A DNA stretch of 57,940 nucleotides from Octopus sinensis (lineage: Eukaryota), in the NCBI RefSeq assembly GCF_006345805.1, contig NW_021833585.1, positions 1 through 57,940 on the forward strand. The letters are read 5' to 3'. Made by a program: the position numbers and the translations under genes. Positions 12,324-25,208 of this stretch are shown piece by piece. The notes under the pieces are model-generated. The model was not told where the DNA came from. It saw only the letters and a program-made list of their open reading frames with translations, and made no database searches. Within the stretch, counting starts at the first letter, position 1, and each line of letters begins with the position of its first letter.

Positions 12324-13140
12324 AAAATGATTAGAACTGAGTCGATAAGGCTTAGTTTGAGAGTTACACTAGAGAAAAGTAGATAAGAAGTGGATATAAT
12401 CTGAAGCGTTGAAGATATGCTCATAAGTATCGAAATCGATGAACTTGCAGCGAGACTGGCCCGCAAGCAATTCTTGAAAGGGAAGTACAAAAGCTTCGTT
12501 GTTGGAACTAAAGAACATGGTGGAGGCGATGAAGGAATCATGAGCCCGAGTGGCAGATGCAGGAAGTGACACTTCGAACTTTGGCGGCTCAGCATGAACT
12601 CGTATTACTCAACCTCGATCAGATATGAGCTTTTCTTAGGAACACTTTGCGTAGTGTTCGGGATGGTTTGCAGGATAGATTTAAATGCGATTGCCTGTCT
12701 GCCGTGACAATTAACAAAGGAAACAGAGGAATATGAAAAGCCGAAATAAGGCAAGAGATGGCTATCTATGGGGGAGCACATAGCCGGGGTTGAATAGCCT
12801 ATTCTTGGAGCTTTACATTTAAATATAAGCTTTGTTCAGCGTTCTCTTGGCAGATACCCACGTCAGAAAAGTACAACGTGGTCCTAATTTTGTGAGCCGC
12901 TCCTCGACTTATAAGTCCGTGACCACATTTATAATTTTCGAACAAATAGATTCAAATTGATAATATCCGAACAACTGTGACCGCATCGATAATTTTTCTC
13001 CCATGCATATGAAAGCACATTGACTCCTGCCTGTAACTCTTTTAAACGCAGAACTCAAGATTTTGGCCAATGTACTACTGAGGACGATGTCGCTTGTGAT
13101 CGTTAGGCTGAATGGAGAGAGGCAAATATGCACCATGCCA
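12324..13140 (+). pseudogene. Old Tx1-like LINE ORF2 fragment (linker to start of RT), related to the elements at 44.6-56.4 kb
   Basis: Pieces KMIRTESIRLS..., DELAARLARKQFLKGKYKSFVVG...DEG, PGLNSLFLELY, CDRIDNFSP and PVTLLNAELKILANVL...RQICTMP match, in order, KRAVKAEAIRYS, DVLAARLALDQHFNAKHEGCAV...NEG, SPGLDGLPYEFY, GDVIDNFRP and PITLLNADLKILAKVL...AQTCAVP of the tandem elements. Confidence 0.85.
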
Positions 13141-13650
13141 AATTAATCTATCCATTTGTAGTTGATTTTTCAACCATTAAATTCGATGATTAGATTAGGC
13201 CTATTGTTGGTTAATCAGAGAGTGAACGACCAATTCCTGTTTAATTTCCTGTTAGGCAAAAGAAACGGGAAACTCCAAATAGATTTTATCTGAGAGATAA
13301 TAAAAGTATGTAACGAGTGATCTTCAACATATATGTACTTTGTGACTGCTCTCAGTCACTGGACTATGGCCATGATTGGGTAGTAGCTTCAAATGTTTCA
13401 ATTCATAATATCAAGCTCAATATCTGATGTTTATTTTATCGAAATCTTTTTATGAATGGCTAATTCACATTTTTAATATTACAGAACGTACTACGCACCG
13501 CTTTAGCCACACATTTTTTCGCAAAGGCACACAGTTTACAGAAACAAACACAAGCACACACACATATGTATGCATACGCACATTTATACACATACGTACA
13601 CACACGTAAACACATACATACATACATACACACATGTGTGTATGTATACT

Positions 13651-13705
<55 letters not shown>

Positions 13706-14221
13706 CCGCAATATATATAATATATATATATGCATATGTGTGTGTGAGTGTGCGTGCGCGCGTGTGTGTGTGTGTGTGTGTGTCTGTGTAAGTATGTATG
13801 TATATATATATATAGTTGCACTACTTCACTATATCTGTCTTGATAGCCGGAAAGTATAATTTCAGTACTCTATACGTATAACTATTGTCAATGTTCATTG
13901 AGCTGCCGTAAGGCATTTTCTCTTGTGTATAACGTTATTTTGTCTTGTCCTATTCGTTAGTATTTTCCCCGTAGCACTTATACTCTGACAATCCCGTTAT
14001 GTAACAGTGGCTTTGATTGGAATAATGTGAAGCCCCTATGACGTCTCGTATACCAACTGCTGAGAAGGTCAGCTGCGAATGCTCCTTTCTTGTATCGTGT
14101 TTTTGTCACTTTTCTGTCCGTTATGTTTTCGCCTAGTTTTCGTCTATTTTTCCCTTCTCTGCCTAACTTTTGATACGCACACACACACACACGCACATAC
14201 ATATGAAACTTACATACATAA

Positions 14222-14304
<83 letters not shown>

Positions 14305-14309
<5 letters not shown>

Positions 14310-15587
14310 TTGTCAACAAAGATCTGGTGGTTTTTAACCTTTAAATTCAGATGCACGTATCTCGGCTCAAACAAAACATTATTAATCGAAATAAACGCCA
14401 TCAGAATCAACACACTTTTGCCAACGCGAGACAAGTTTATTTATGACAGTATCATAAAAATCTTGCGTTCTGGTGGCGATGAAGTCATTGAAGGCGTGTT
14501 TGGCATCGTCTTGGTTTTTGAAGCATTTCTCACGCAGCAATTTGTCGAGATGCTTGAAAAAGTGCTAGTCAGTAAGTGAGAGGTCTGGTTAATATGCTGG
14601 ATCAGGCAGAGATTCGTAGCCCAATTCCTTCAACTTCTGCAGGATCAGATATGTGACGTGAGGCCGAGCGTTGTCGTGGAGAAGAATTGTTGACCAATGC
14701 TAGCTGTTGTTGTCGGAGTTTCTTGTGCGTTTCATCTATTTGCTGACAGTACTTCTCCGCCGTAATCGTTTCACCTGGATCCAAAAAGCTGCGATGGCTG
14801 AGACCGTCTGCAGACCACCAAACAGTCACCATGACCTTCTTTTCGTGCAACTTTGGCTTCGGGAAGTACTGTGGAGCTTCGTCGGCGTCCAACCACTAAG
14901 ATGAGCGTTGCCGGTTGTCATGAAGAATCCACTATTCATTGCAAGTCACAATCCGGTCGAGAAACAGATCGTTCTTGTGTAAAAGAACGGCGTTTTTTTG
15001 TTGTTTTTTATTTTTTATTATTATTTTTTTTTTTTGTCGTTCAATTCGTGCAGCACCCATGTATCAAGTATTTTTGTTTTTCCAATCTCTTTCAAGTGGT
15101 TGGAAATAGTCGTTTACGTTACGTCTAATTCAGATGCAAGCTCCCGAACACTTGTTTGTGGATTGGGTTCCACTAAGGTTCTGAGTTGATCGTTGTCAAC
15201 ATCCGATGGTCGACCACTAAGCTTATTATCTTCCAGACTCTCGTCACCACTACGGAATTTCCTGAACCACCATTGGGCAGTACGTCGATTAGTGGTTCCT
15301 GGGCCAAACGCATCGTTCATATCGCCAGCTGTTTTAGCGGCTTTTCGGCCTAGCTTGAACTGGGATAAGATAATCGTGCGAATTTGATTTTTATGCATGT
15401 TGCATTCAACGTTCCGGATGAAATGGCTTAATTATTCAAAAAGAAAAAGAGTAACACGATTATATAGACCGAAAAAGGGGCCTTAAAATGATATATAAAG
15501 TCAAAGTAATTTAATGAGAATTAGTCTGAAAATACATAATTTAAAACCCAAATTAAAAATTCTGCAAGAGCTTTCTTCACAACCTAA
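14305..15587 (-). mobile_element. Full-length-size mariner (DD34D-type) transposon, degenerate
   Basis: MHKNQIRTIILSQFKLGRKAAKTA...WFRKFRSGDESLED...GRP; KPKLHEKKVMVTVWWS; HDNARPH; ends GVYFD* at 14382. Imperfect TIRs (tggttgtcaacaaag.. / ttaggttgtgaagaaag..); about 1.28 kb; (TA)n on both sides. Confidence 0.93.
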
Positions 15588-15606
15588 TATATATATATAT
15601 ATATAT

Positions 15607-15850
15607 ATACGAGCAAAACGCCACCCGTCCAATGGACGGTGCTGAGTTGTCAAACATTCAAACCAAATTTTGTCATGTCCGACCGTCCCATAGGCCTCCC
15701 CTTTCAAAAACACTGATTTAACCTAAATTTGAAACACCAGCAAAAGAATACCGTTGTTATCTACATATCAACTTTGAGCGCATACGAATGGAGGATGTCC
15801 GAGATCCTAGAAGACACACATACAGACGGACAGAACGGATTTTATATTAT
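15607..15850 (+). mobile_element. Second copy of the Helitron-like repeat (internal deletion of about 130 bp relative to 8189-8575)
   Basis: Direct alignment by eye with 8189-8339 and 8470-8575. Confidence 0.7.
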
Positions 15851-15876
15851 ATATGTATACATGTATATATATATGC

Positions 15877-15929
<53 letters not shown>

Positions 15930-15976
15930 TATATAATATATATATATATATACATACATACATATATATATATTAG

Positions 15977-16008
<32 letters not shown>

Positions 16009-16017
16009 GTTTTTATG

Positions 16018-16062
<45 letters not shown>

Positions 16063-16349
16063 TTTATGTATGTATGTACGTATGTATGTATGTATGTGTG
16101 TATGTATTTATGTATACATATATGAAGGGACGCTGTCGACGAAATTTCGCTTACAGGTTATTGGTCAAGCAGCAGACTGCAGGAGAGGATACTTGCAATA
16201 GATTATAGCTACTAGTATCGAACTCGAAAACACGGGTTAGTGAAGTAGACGTTTTAATTTAATAACCACAAGGATTTGCCTTAACATGTGGTGCTTTCTT
16301 TATTGACATAAAGATTTATTTGCCTTTGAAATCGATGCAATATATTGGT

Positions 16350-16480
16350 CTGAAATTTTACCACAAGGCCAGCAACTCGGGTGAGGGGCTATGTCGATTA
16401 CATCGACCGCAGTATTCATCTAGTACTTATTTTATCGACCCCGAAAGCATCAAAAGCAATGAGACCTCGGTGGTAAATGA
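16350..16480 (+). mobile_element. SINE-like repeat family B fragment
   Basis: cacaaggccagcaa...gtcgattacatcgacc...tagtacttattttatcgaccccgaaag; related pieces at about 19585-19745, 20090-20200, 20740-20950, 23930-24060, 24960-25165 and 25690-25790. Confidence 0.65.
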
Positions 16481-17059
16481 ATTTGATATATTAAAGGACA
16501 CCATAAGGATTTTATAAACTTTCGAGAGAACAGGAACCAAGGAACCAATTCTCCTTTGGAATATCTCGAAGCACACGCATAAAGCTATACGCGTAAATAA
16601 CACGGTGTGAAAAACACTTTTGGATAGAAAATGTACAAGACTGTCTTCATCTCTAGAGGAGATATAGGTTCCTGTCTCACGAACGGTCTTCGTCTTTTTC
16701 TTTCGGAAATGGATTTTCAACCCGATAAATATGCTTCGAGATATTTCAAAACAACAATTAGTTCATATTAAGGTACAGTTTTCAGTGTGTGCGCGTGGAA
16801 CAAATATATACAGGTGAGGAACAAATTCCGTATACACCAAGTTTCAAAGTGAAGCTCAGAATTTGATGTATTTCGATAACAAGATGTTTGTAAGGGGCCA
16901 CGTAATGTAGTGGCTTTTCCAAAGAGGCAACGAACATGACATATTTGATGGAGTTTCACAAAAGATTATCACAATTTCATTCTCATACATATATTTTATA
17001 GTATTTAGTACATTAGTGTAAGTCCCTACTCGGGCCCGACTGGAATTTATAATTCGGCC

Positions 17060-17889
17060 ATCGTCCTCATCCTCATCCTTCTCACCCTCATCCTCATCCG
17101 TCTTTTTCTACTTTTTCTACCACTGTTGTTGTTACTACTGCCGCTGATGCTGGTGATGATGATGATGGTAACGATAATATTCGGCCTCCCCTCCACCTCC
17201 TCCTCTTCCTGCTGCTACTACTACTGCTCTTATAACTACTACAGACACCAACATCTCAACCATCTCTATCACCACCACATCTTCGACTTTTTCATCATTA
17301 CCATCGTCGTCGTCATCTTCTTTTTCTGCTTCTTCTTTTTCTTCTTTTTTCTTCTTCTTCTGCTTCTCCTTCTGCTGCTGTTATTGTTCCTGGTGGTGGT
17401 GGTGGTGGTGGTGGTGGTGGTGGTGGTGGTGGTGGTGGTGGTGTGGTGGTGGTGGTGTCTCGGCTGCTGCTGCTGTGCTCCGCCTCCTCTTCTTACTACT
17501 ACTTCCACCACCACCACCACCACTTCTTTGTTTTCTTCTGTTAGTGTTAATGCCATCACCTTCACCACCACCTCCACACACCAGAAAACTACATCAACGA
17601 TGTCTGTCTACCGCTATAACACTACTTTTGTCTGGAGGTTATTGGCAAAGTTTTATACGCACTCACAAATACACGCGCACACACACATATATACACACGC
17701 GCGCGCAGAGACATACGTGTACACATACTCATACACATGAACTCACGGTTTACATACACATACACATAACTATAATGAAAGACACGCTAAACAAACACAT
17801 ATACACACGCGGCATTTTTACAAATACCAAAACAAAAACTGCTACTGCTCCTACTACTACTACTATTACTACTACTACTACTTGTGATA

Positions 17890-17925
<36 letters not shown>

Positions 17926-17970
17926 GTGGTGGCGGCGACGACGACGACGACGGTGACGGTGGTGGCGGCG

Positions 17971-18030
<60 letters not shown>

Positions 18031-18102
18031 GTGATGAGGATGATGATGATGATGATGATGATGGTGATGAGGAGGATGATGATGATGATGACGATGGTGA
18101 GA

Positions 18103-18137
<35 letters not shown>

Positions 18138-18300
18138 CATCATCATCATCATCATCCTCATCGTCATTATTATTGTTATTATTGTTATTATTATTATTAT
18201 TATTATTATTAATATTATTATTATTATTATTATTATCATCATTATCATCATCATTATTATTATCATCATCATTATCATTATTATTAACACGTTGATAATG
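17060..18300. repeat. Long compound trinucleotide microsatellite field (TCC/TTC/GGT/CAC/GAT/TTA/CAT)
   Basis: Visible tandem triplets; the source of several spurious low-complexity ORFs. Confidence 0.95.
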
Positions 18301-18860
18301 ATGGCGATCATTTGTGAATATAAACGAGACTTTTGCTTCTGTCACAGACAATGTCTTTCTGGAGGACATTAACAAATCAGACAATCAGTTGTTCAGTCTT
18401 ATCAATGAATCAATAAATCAATGATATATAGAACTCGGTCTGCTTGGCTAGAAATAACAGCTAAGCATATCTTAAGTCACACTTTACAATACTAAAAGTG
18501 GGAGAGCCCACTAAACATTGTTGTCCTAGACGCTTTATGTCTGAAAAAGAAAAAAAAGAGATGGATTGGCCATAGCCTTAATAGTCTTTCAACTTATGAT
18601 CCGGGCTGATCTCGATCTAAAATCGAACAATGATAAAAACACTTCAATAAGGGTAATTTGGCAGGAGCCTTAAATGAAATCTTTTATTTTGGTTTCTTGC
18701 GTTCTGAGTTCAAATCACCCCAAAGTCATCAGTAATTTTAATTCTTCTGAATTTGATAATGTAGTAGTTTGAACGGCGTGGTAGCAGGACAATAACAGCA
18801 ACAGACGGAATGATTGGCGGTATTTGTTCCAGTTCTTTCATTGTTCAAATTCCAATGTTT

Positions 18861-19338
18861 GTGTGGTAAGAATCGTGTTTTCAAACATACGGGCATAGAT
18901 TCAATCCCATTGTGAGGCATTTTACGCCGACCAAAGACGTGTGAATGGAAACTAAAAGAAGCCTTCCATATATACATGTATATATATATATATATGTATG
19001 TGCCCGTGTGTGTACATGTGCGTATGTGTGAGAGAGAAAGAGAGAGATTGCCTGTGTGTGTATATACCTATATGAGTGTGCCTGCATGTATGTGTATGCC
19101 TATATAAGTGTGTATGCATGTGCGTGCGCGCGCACGTATGTGCCTGTGTTGTTCACCACCAACATCACCACTTCACACCTGGTGTTTGTTTGTTTATGTC
19201 CCCGTAACTTAATGGTTCGGCAACAAAAATATGTACCAGGCTTAAAAATAAGTACTGAGGTCGATTTGTCCGACTAATACCCTTCAAGTCGATGCTCCAG
19301 TATGGCTGCAATTTAACGTCTGAAAAAAAGTGAAAGAT
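18861..19338 (+). mobile_element. SINE family A, degenerate
   Basis: gtgtggtaagaa...gccgaccaaag..gtgtgaatggaaactaaaagaagcc-(TA/TG)n-...cccgtaacttaatggttcggcaa...aataagtactgaggtcgatttg...gctccagtatggctgca. Confidence 0.75.
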
Positions 19339-21798
19339 ACAAGATACCGAGATTATCAGATTCAGTTAATAGTGAATAGACCTCCACTTCAATCTTTGGT
19401 GGAGTGACTAGTTGATCGGAAGAAACAACCCGGTCGCTTCAATAGGTATCGATCGCACTACAGAGAAATAAACAATACAACAGAAATAAAATATAAAAAC
19501 ATTACGATGTGCCATTGTCAATACAAATATTTTAGACTTGTGTTTTTTGGAGATCAAATTCTTTCATAACAACACGTTCACTGTCTTCATTCCGAGTTCA
19601 AATTCCGAAAAAATCGAATGTACTGTTCATCATTCTGTGCCAAATGCTACAATTTTGCTATAAAAAATGTAATTTGCATATGCTACAAAATGGGCTGGAA
19701 TGGCTAGAATCTTCTGGGGTAGATAAAATTAATGTAACAATTAAGTTTCACTTCTGTTCAGACATTAATAATTCACTACCGGATGAAGTCTCAGCATGTC
19801 TTTACTGATTTCTCTAAGCTGGTTCTAGACCTCTCTGTCCACGATGAGTTGTTGTTCGTTGGATAGGTGTTCCAGCGACTCCTCAATTCGCCATGGAGAT
19901 TAGCCCTTTACTGCAATTTGAACTCTGAACACATAGAATAAAAATTAGATACCATAAGTTAATTTTGTCCGACGCACTAATAAATTCCTTCGACTTCATC
20001 TATTTTTTTTTTTTCGACCTTTAAATCATGGAAGGCAGTACTGACCCCGACGAAAGCAGAAAAATAAACCAAAGGAACGAACACAGCAAAGCATTCCGGT
20101 TGGCACTTAGATGAATCAGTCAATTTCAGATGGGGATCGATAAAATTGACCATACCCCTTTTCAAATTTGACGACTCGTGCCTATGTTAGAAATCAGTAA
20201 TGATGTCATCAGTTATTACTAAGAAGAGACATAAGTTGTTGCAACAGTAAGTAGAAGAGAATTCCAGACTGAATGCATAACAGTTTAGTTCTCTTCAAAA
20301 TGTTGAATATATATCCTGGACGGAATCACACCATTCTTGTCTCAAAATAATAATTATATGTAATGTAATGTAAACGGTTTCACTCGATTGCTGAGACATT
20401 CAGCTGAGACTAAGCTGTTTTGTTTTTAGCACTCTTAATAGTAAAATAAGGGTGAACGGTTGCTGTTTTTTTTTTTCTGTGCGAAAATTAAGTAGAATAT
20501 AGCATTTCCATAAATACTCGTATTTTTTAAATGCTATAGAATTAAAAGAAATGGGACCCATCGTTTTGTGATATCTTTATCAATTATTTTATATAACTCT
20601 CAGTAATAACTGTGTACACAACCTCGTATATGTATGTGTGTATGTATCTATTTATTTATGTTTTTATGTATTTATGTATGTATGTATTTACTGAAAATTC
20701 TGAAAGATAACAGTAAAGGATTCTTAAATGCATGGAACCTTATATTCTGTTGGAATACACAGTCGATTAACTCCCCTCCTACACTTGATTGAGACAAAAT
20801 CGTATCACTCGCTACAAGAACTAGATATGAATTTGACTATGATATGACTCGAACTTAGAACGTAAAGAAACGTACAAGTCCATAAAGGAACCTAACTAAA
20901 TTACACCAGGCATTTTCATTCGGTTCTTTCTTATTCTTTCTTCGACATACGTAAGAAATTGCTAAAATAGAAAGTAAAAATATGTTTCTGTTTGTTAACA
21001 CAATATTAAAAAAAATATATTACATGTTAACAGTTTTACTTAAATCGATAATATTATCAAATTTTAGCTATTTATCATTCAAGAATGACTCAATAGTATG
21101 AATATTATTATACTGAAGAAATTTATAGCCCTCCAGTTCTTTGTTTCTTCGTTTCTAGTTTTTTTATTTTTAGCAATGGCATGACAGATTTAAAGTTTGC
21201 TTTAGATGTTAAGGACCATAAATTAAATTTAATGAAAGATACAGTCGGCAGATATGCAAGCAGTTTCAGGCACATTACAACGTAGTTTAGACAGAATTCG
21301 ATTAGTCCTGCTTAATTTCATGCTTTTATGATTAATGCGACGTTTCTATAATAAACAATCATGAATGTATAATCCAAGATAGTTCACACATTTCATTGAA
21401 AAGTCTGTTGTTTAAGCTGACAGAGATAGCTTTCTTTTTTCTTCTTCATGAGCTGGCTTCTTTTGTGAGCGGAATATCATTAGTTTAGATTTGTTAGCAT
21501 TCATTGATAGTTTATTTGCTTCTCTCTGACTATCGACTAATTTAATTCACTGCTAAAGACAATTAACTCATTAAGTGATTAAGTAAATTTTAGACTGACC
21601 TATGTGAAAAGGTTACGACCGAGGATCGAAACAATTATCGACAATTATCGTTTATATATGCTGTTGTTGGTGTTATTTAACCACAGGTAAACCACAAGCG
21701 TCAGTGTTTGTTTTCAAGCTAATGGATCTGAAATAGCATTATGTGAGATGGTATATTGTGGATAAGATTCGGCTGTCTTTATTAGCATTAAAATCGGG

Positions 21799-22200
21799 TG
21801 ACTGCGGCCATGCTGGAGCACCGCCTTTAGTCGAGCAAATCGACCCCGGGACTTATTCTTTGTAAGCCTAGTACTTATTCTATCGGTCTGTTTTGCCGAA
21901 CCGCTAAGTGTACGGGGACGTAAACACACCAGTATCGGTTGTCAAGCGATGTTGGGGGGAAAACAGAGACACACAAACATAAACACACACACACACACAG
22001 ACAGACATTCACACACACATATATATATATATATACGATGGGCTTCTTTCAGTTTCCGTCTACTAAATCCACTCACAAGGCTTTGGTTCGCCCGAGGCTA
22101 TAGGAAAATACACTTGCCCAAGGTGCCACGCAGTGGGACTGAACTCGGAACCATGTGGTTCATAAGCATCCTACTTACCACACAGCCACTCCTACGCCTA
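21799..22200 (-). mobile_element. SINE family A, near full length
   Basis: The minus strand begins taggcgtaggagtggctgtgtggtaag, has a B-box-like GGTTCCGAGTTCAGTCC and an internal (TA)n(TG)n, and its 3' end contains aaggcggtgctccagcatggccgcagtca. Confidence 0.9.
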
Positions 22201-22467
22201 TTGTTCCTACACTGCAACGAACAATTCTAGAATGGTTTCTGTTTATTTTCTGGGCCATAACGATTTATTTGTTCACTGAGATCCTGGCCGTCCACATGTT
22301 ATACTGAATGAACTCAGCGCTCACATCCTATCAAAATTGTGCCGCAAAAGTAACAACGAGCCAAAGATCATAGTGCCCCGCGTGGTTTGACCTCTTGATT
22401 ACTGTGACGCAAATACGTCGGTAGCATGCTCAACCTGTTCCTTTTTCTTTTATTTGTTCTCGCCATT

Positions 22468-22670
22468 AGACTGCGGCCATACTGGAGCACCGCCTTTACG
22501 ATGTTTTATTCGAATGAATCGACACCAGTACTTTCTTCTTTTATTTTTTCAACCCTGGTACTTATTCTATCGAGCTCTATTGCCGAACCGATAAGTTACG
22601 TAAACGTAAACACACCAACGACAGTTGTCAAACGGTGGGGCAGTGACAAACACTGATACGACACGCACAC

Positions 22671-22680
<10 letters not shown>
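22468..22680 (-). mobile_element. SINE family A, 3' half
   Basis: gactgcggccatactggagcaccgcctt...gtacttattctatcg...gccgaaccg.taagttacg..aacgtaaacacacca. Confidence 0.8.
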
Positions 22681-22705
<25 letters not shown>

Positions 22706-22713
22706 TCTATATG

Positions 22714-22747
<34 letters not shown>

Positions 22748-23457
22748 ATTCTTCATTCTTTCTGGTTTTCTCTACAACCATTCCCTTTTTTCTCTCCCTT
22801 TCTCTTGCTCCTCCTCCTCCCTCCCGTCTTTGACCCGCGACGAGAGCTCTGCTACTGTCTTTCTGATCTGACCTGGCTTCCTTCAAGTGTAGACGGCATT
22901 TTCTGTGGCTCCTTCGCCGTTCTCAAAAATAGCGTTCGTAATACTTTATCTCATTCCGCTTAACAGCCCTTCTTGTCTGTGTTACTGTTATTCTCCTTGT
23001 CCTGTCTTTTACTGTTTATATTTTATACTGTCGTTACTGTCCTGTTTTTATTATCACTTTTACACCTCCGCAAAAAGATCTCAAATTTTATTTAATTTGC
23101 TTTTCGCGGGAAGGAAAGTTTCAATCGAAGATGCGTCTCACCTTCACCTTCGAAACGCAGAGTAGATGAAACCATGGCGACTGAAGAATGGGAATTTTCC
23201 TTGTGTTATTTGTCCTGTACTCTATTTTTTCGTTGTTTAAGAAAAATGTCTAGTTCCTTGGTTTTATGTTTATGTTTTCGTTTCTCATTGTGTTCGACGT
23301 TTTTTTTTTGGTGTCCTGTACCCATATATGCATGTATATATACATGTAGAGGTAGGTACGTACGTACGTATATGTATGTATATATGCATATGTGTTTTAT
23401 TTTATTTATTAATTTATTGTATGACGGAAGGCACGCATCCATTTCTAAGTAAGATTG

Positions 23458-23498
<41 letters not shown>

Positions 23499-23506
23499 TA
23501 TATATA

Positions 23507-23647
23507 CTTTATTTTAAGCAGCAGAAAATTCAACAAAATCTGTTACTCTGAGTTTCTCGTTGCCGTTCAGCAAAAACTGTCTGATGAACGGCAACGAGAA
23601 ACTCAGAGTAACAGATTTTGTTGAATTTTCTGCTGCTTAAAATAAAG
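23507..23647. repeat. Perfect 63-bp inverted repeat with 15-nt spacer
   Basis: 23507-23569 (ctttattttaagcagcagaaaattcaacaaaatctgttactctgagtttctcgttgccgttca) is the exact reverse complement of 23585-23647. Confidence 0.98.
23573..23619 (+). ncRNA. Minimal type I hammerhead ribozyme (Penelope-type, probably dimeric)
   Basis: Stem I AAAACTGT/ACAGATTTT; core CTGATGA at 23581-87; stem II aCG-GCAA-CGa; GAAA at 23598-601; quasi-palindromic stem III ACTC-A-GAGT; cleavage triplet GTA at 23608-10. One non-canonical A-A pair at the base of stem II. Confidence 0.8.
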
Positions 23648-23729
23648 CATATTACTCTACCACTGGTATTTGAGTACTCTTTTTTCCACCTTGTTTCACA
23701 TTTATGTGTTTACTCCGGTATATATATAT

Positions 23730-23890
23730 ATATACGATAGGCTTCTTTTATATTTCGTCAACCAAATCCTCACAAGGCCATTTAGTAAATCCAAGGCTGT
23801 AATTCAGGACACTATCCTAAGGTACCACGCAGTATGACTGAACCGGAACCATGTTGCTGGGAGCAAGCTTCTTACCACACAACTCTGCCT
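23730..23890 (-). mobile_element. SINE family A, 5' half, degenerate
   Basis: tatacgataggcttcttt...ccaaatcc.tcacaaggc...aaggtaccacgcagt...aaccatgt...cttcttaccacaca. Confidence 0.7.
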
Positions 23891-24179
23891 TTTATCACTA
23901 TTCCTTAAAAGCCAGACTGACGAACCCATATTCTATCTTCTCGTGATTTCAACCCGGAACGTAAAAAGCAAGAACTAATACTAGACTGCAGTTTATAGGA
24001 CGTTCTAACAATTATTTCATTTTATCATCCCTCAAAGAATGAAAACCAAAGTTGCGTTTGGTGCAAGGCATTTTATCATTAATTTCGTTATAAGAAAAAG
24101 GTCGGCTTAATCGGATTCATTTCACTGTTACTCAGATTAAGGATTTTCGATGGTGGTTAAAGTCAAAGTCTTTTATCAA

Positions 24180-24570
24180 GATGGTGCTGTTGGTGCTGTT
24201 GGTGGTGCTGTTGGTGGTGCTGTTGGTGGTGCTGGTGGTGCTGGTGGTGCTGGTGCTGGTGCTGGTGCTGGTGAAGCTGGTGCTGGCTGCAGTGGTCGTG
24301 ATGGTGGTTCTAGTGATCATGATCGTGGTGCTAATGTTGATGAAGGATGCGATGGGGATGAGGACGCCGAGAGATGATGATGATGATGACGACGACGATG
24401 GCGACGTTAATAATGATGATGATGATGATGACGACGACGACGATGATTATGATTGATGATGAGGACGACGACGTTCATTGATAATGATAATGATGGTGAC
24501 GACGACGACGATGAATACGACGATGTTCATTGATGATGATAATGATGAGGATGATGATGATGATGATGGT
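24180..24570. repeat. (GGT/GCT)n and (GAT/GAC)n compound array
   Basis: Visible tandem triplets and hexamers. Confidence 0.9.
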
Positions 24571-25208
24571 GAATCGTAATAGTTTATTTGGTTAAAGCAT
24601 TACTTGAATGAAGGATTCGATGTTTTATACGTTTTCAAGCTGTGTGCCACCATGTCTGAATACAAACCAACAGTGGAGACTCGAAATGATCATTTGGTCT
24701 CCAAGATATAACTGCCAAAATTCCTTCAAATCCCGTTTCAGTGACTTACAAAGTAATATACGATAATATATGAGTAATTCTGGATACACATCTGAATATG
24801 GAAAAGAAAACAAGTCATGTCCGTCAAATCCGAAGTCTCTTTGACCTGGACGACAACGAACACGACAACGACGGAAGTAAAACGACAAAATCGCTAAACT
24901 ATTGACGTAGCGATCTCTATTGTCACAATGAAAACACTGACATTTTGTTCAGCAACAACCAAGATTTATACTTTTAATGGAAGGCCTGGAATATTTGCGG
25001 AGGTGGTAGCCGATTACATCTCTCTCGGTGTTCAGTTGATGTATATTTTTTCAAGCCTGACTTTAGCGACATTTGAACTCAGAACATAAAACCAAAGTAA
25101 TTCAGCTAAGCATTTTATACGGCATGCTAACGATTCTGCCAGCTTGCCGCCTTAATCAATGACCACAGTAATGACTAACACAATAGCAGCAACAGCAACT
25201 ACATTCCC

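Noticed and set aside
12212-12595. 127-aa minus-strand ORF
   Set aside because: It is the antisense frame of the degenerate Tx1-like ORF2 fragment on the plus strand.
13965-14045. Possible terminal exon TYTLTIPLCNSGFDWNNVKPL* after ttttccccgtag
   Set aside because: No recognisable homology or supporting neighbouring exons.
19776-19870. Reading HVFTDFSKLVLDLSVHDELLFVG, faintly like a semaphorin N-terminal blade
   Set aside because: It is short, ends in a stop, has no convincing splice sites and sits between SINE fragments; the similarity could be chance.
23125-23200. cgaaga...GAAACGCAGAGTA resembling the hammerhead family at 23.5 kb
   Set aside because: There is no intact CUGANGA core or pairable stem II, and stem III has a mismatch.
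24150-24377. Gly/Ala-rich ORF (GAVGGAVGGAGGAGAGA) resembling a structural protein
   Set aside because: It lies wholly in a GGT/GCT microsatellite that grades into (GAT)n, with no signal peptide, splice context or family motif.
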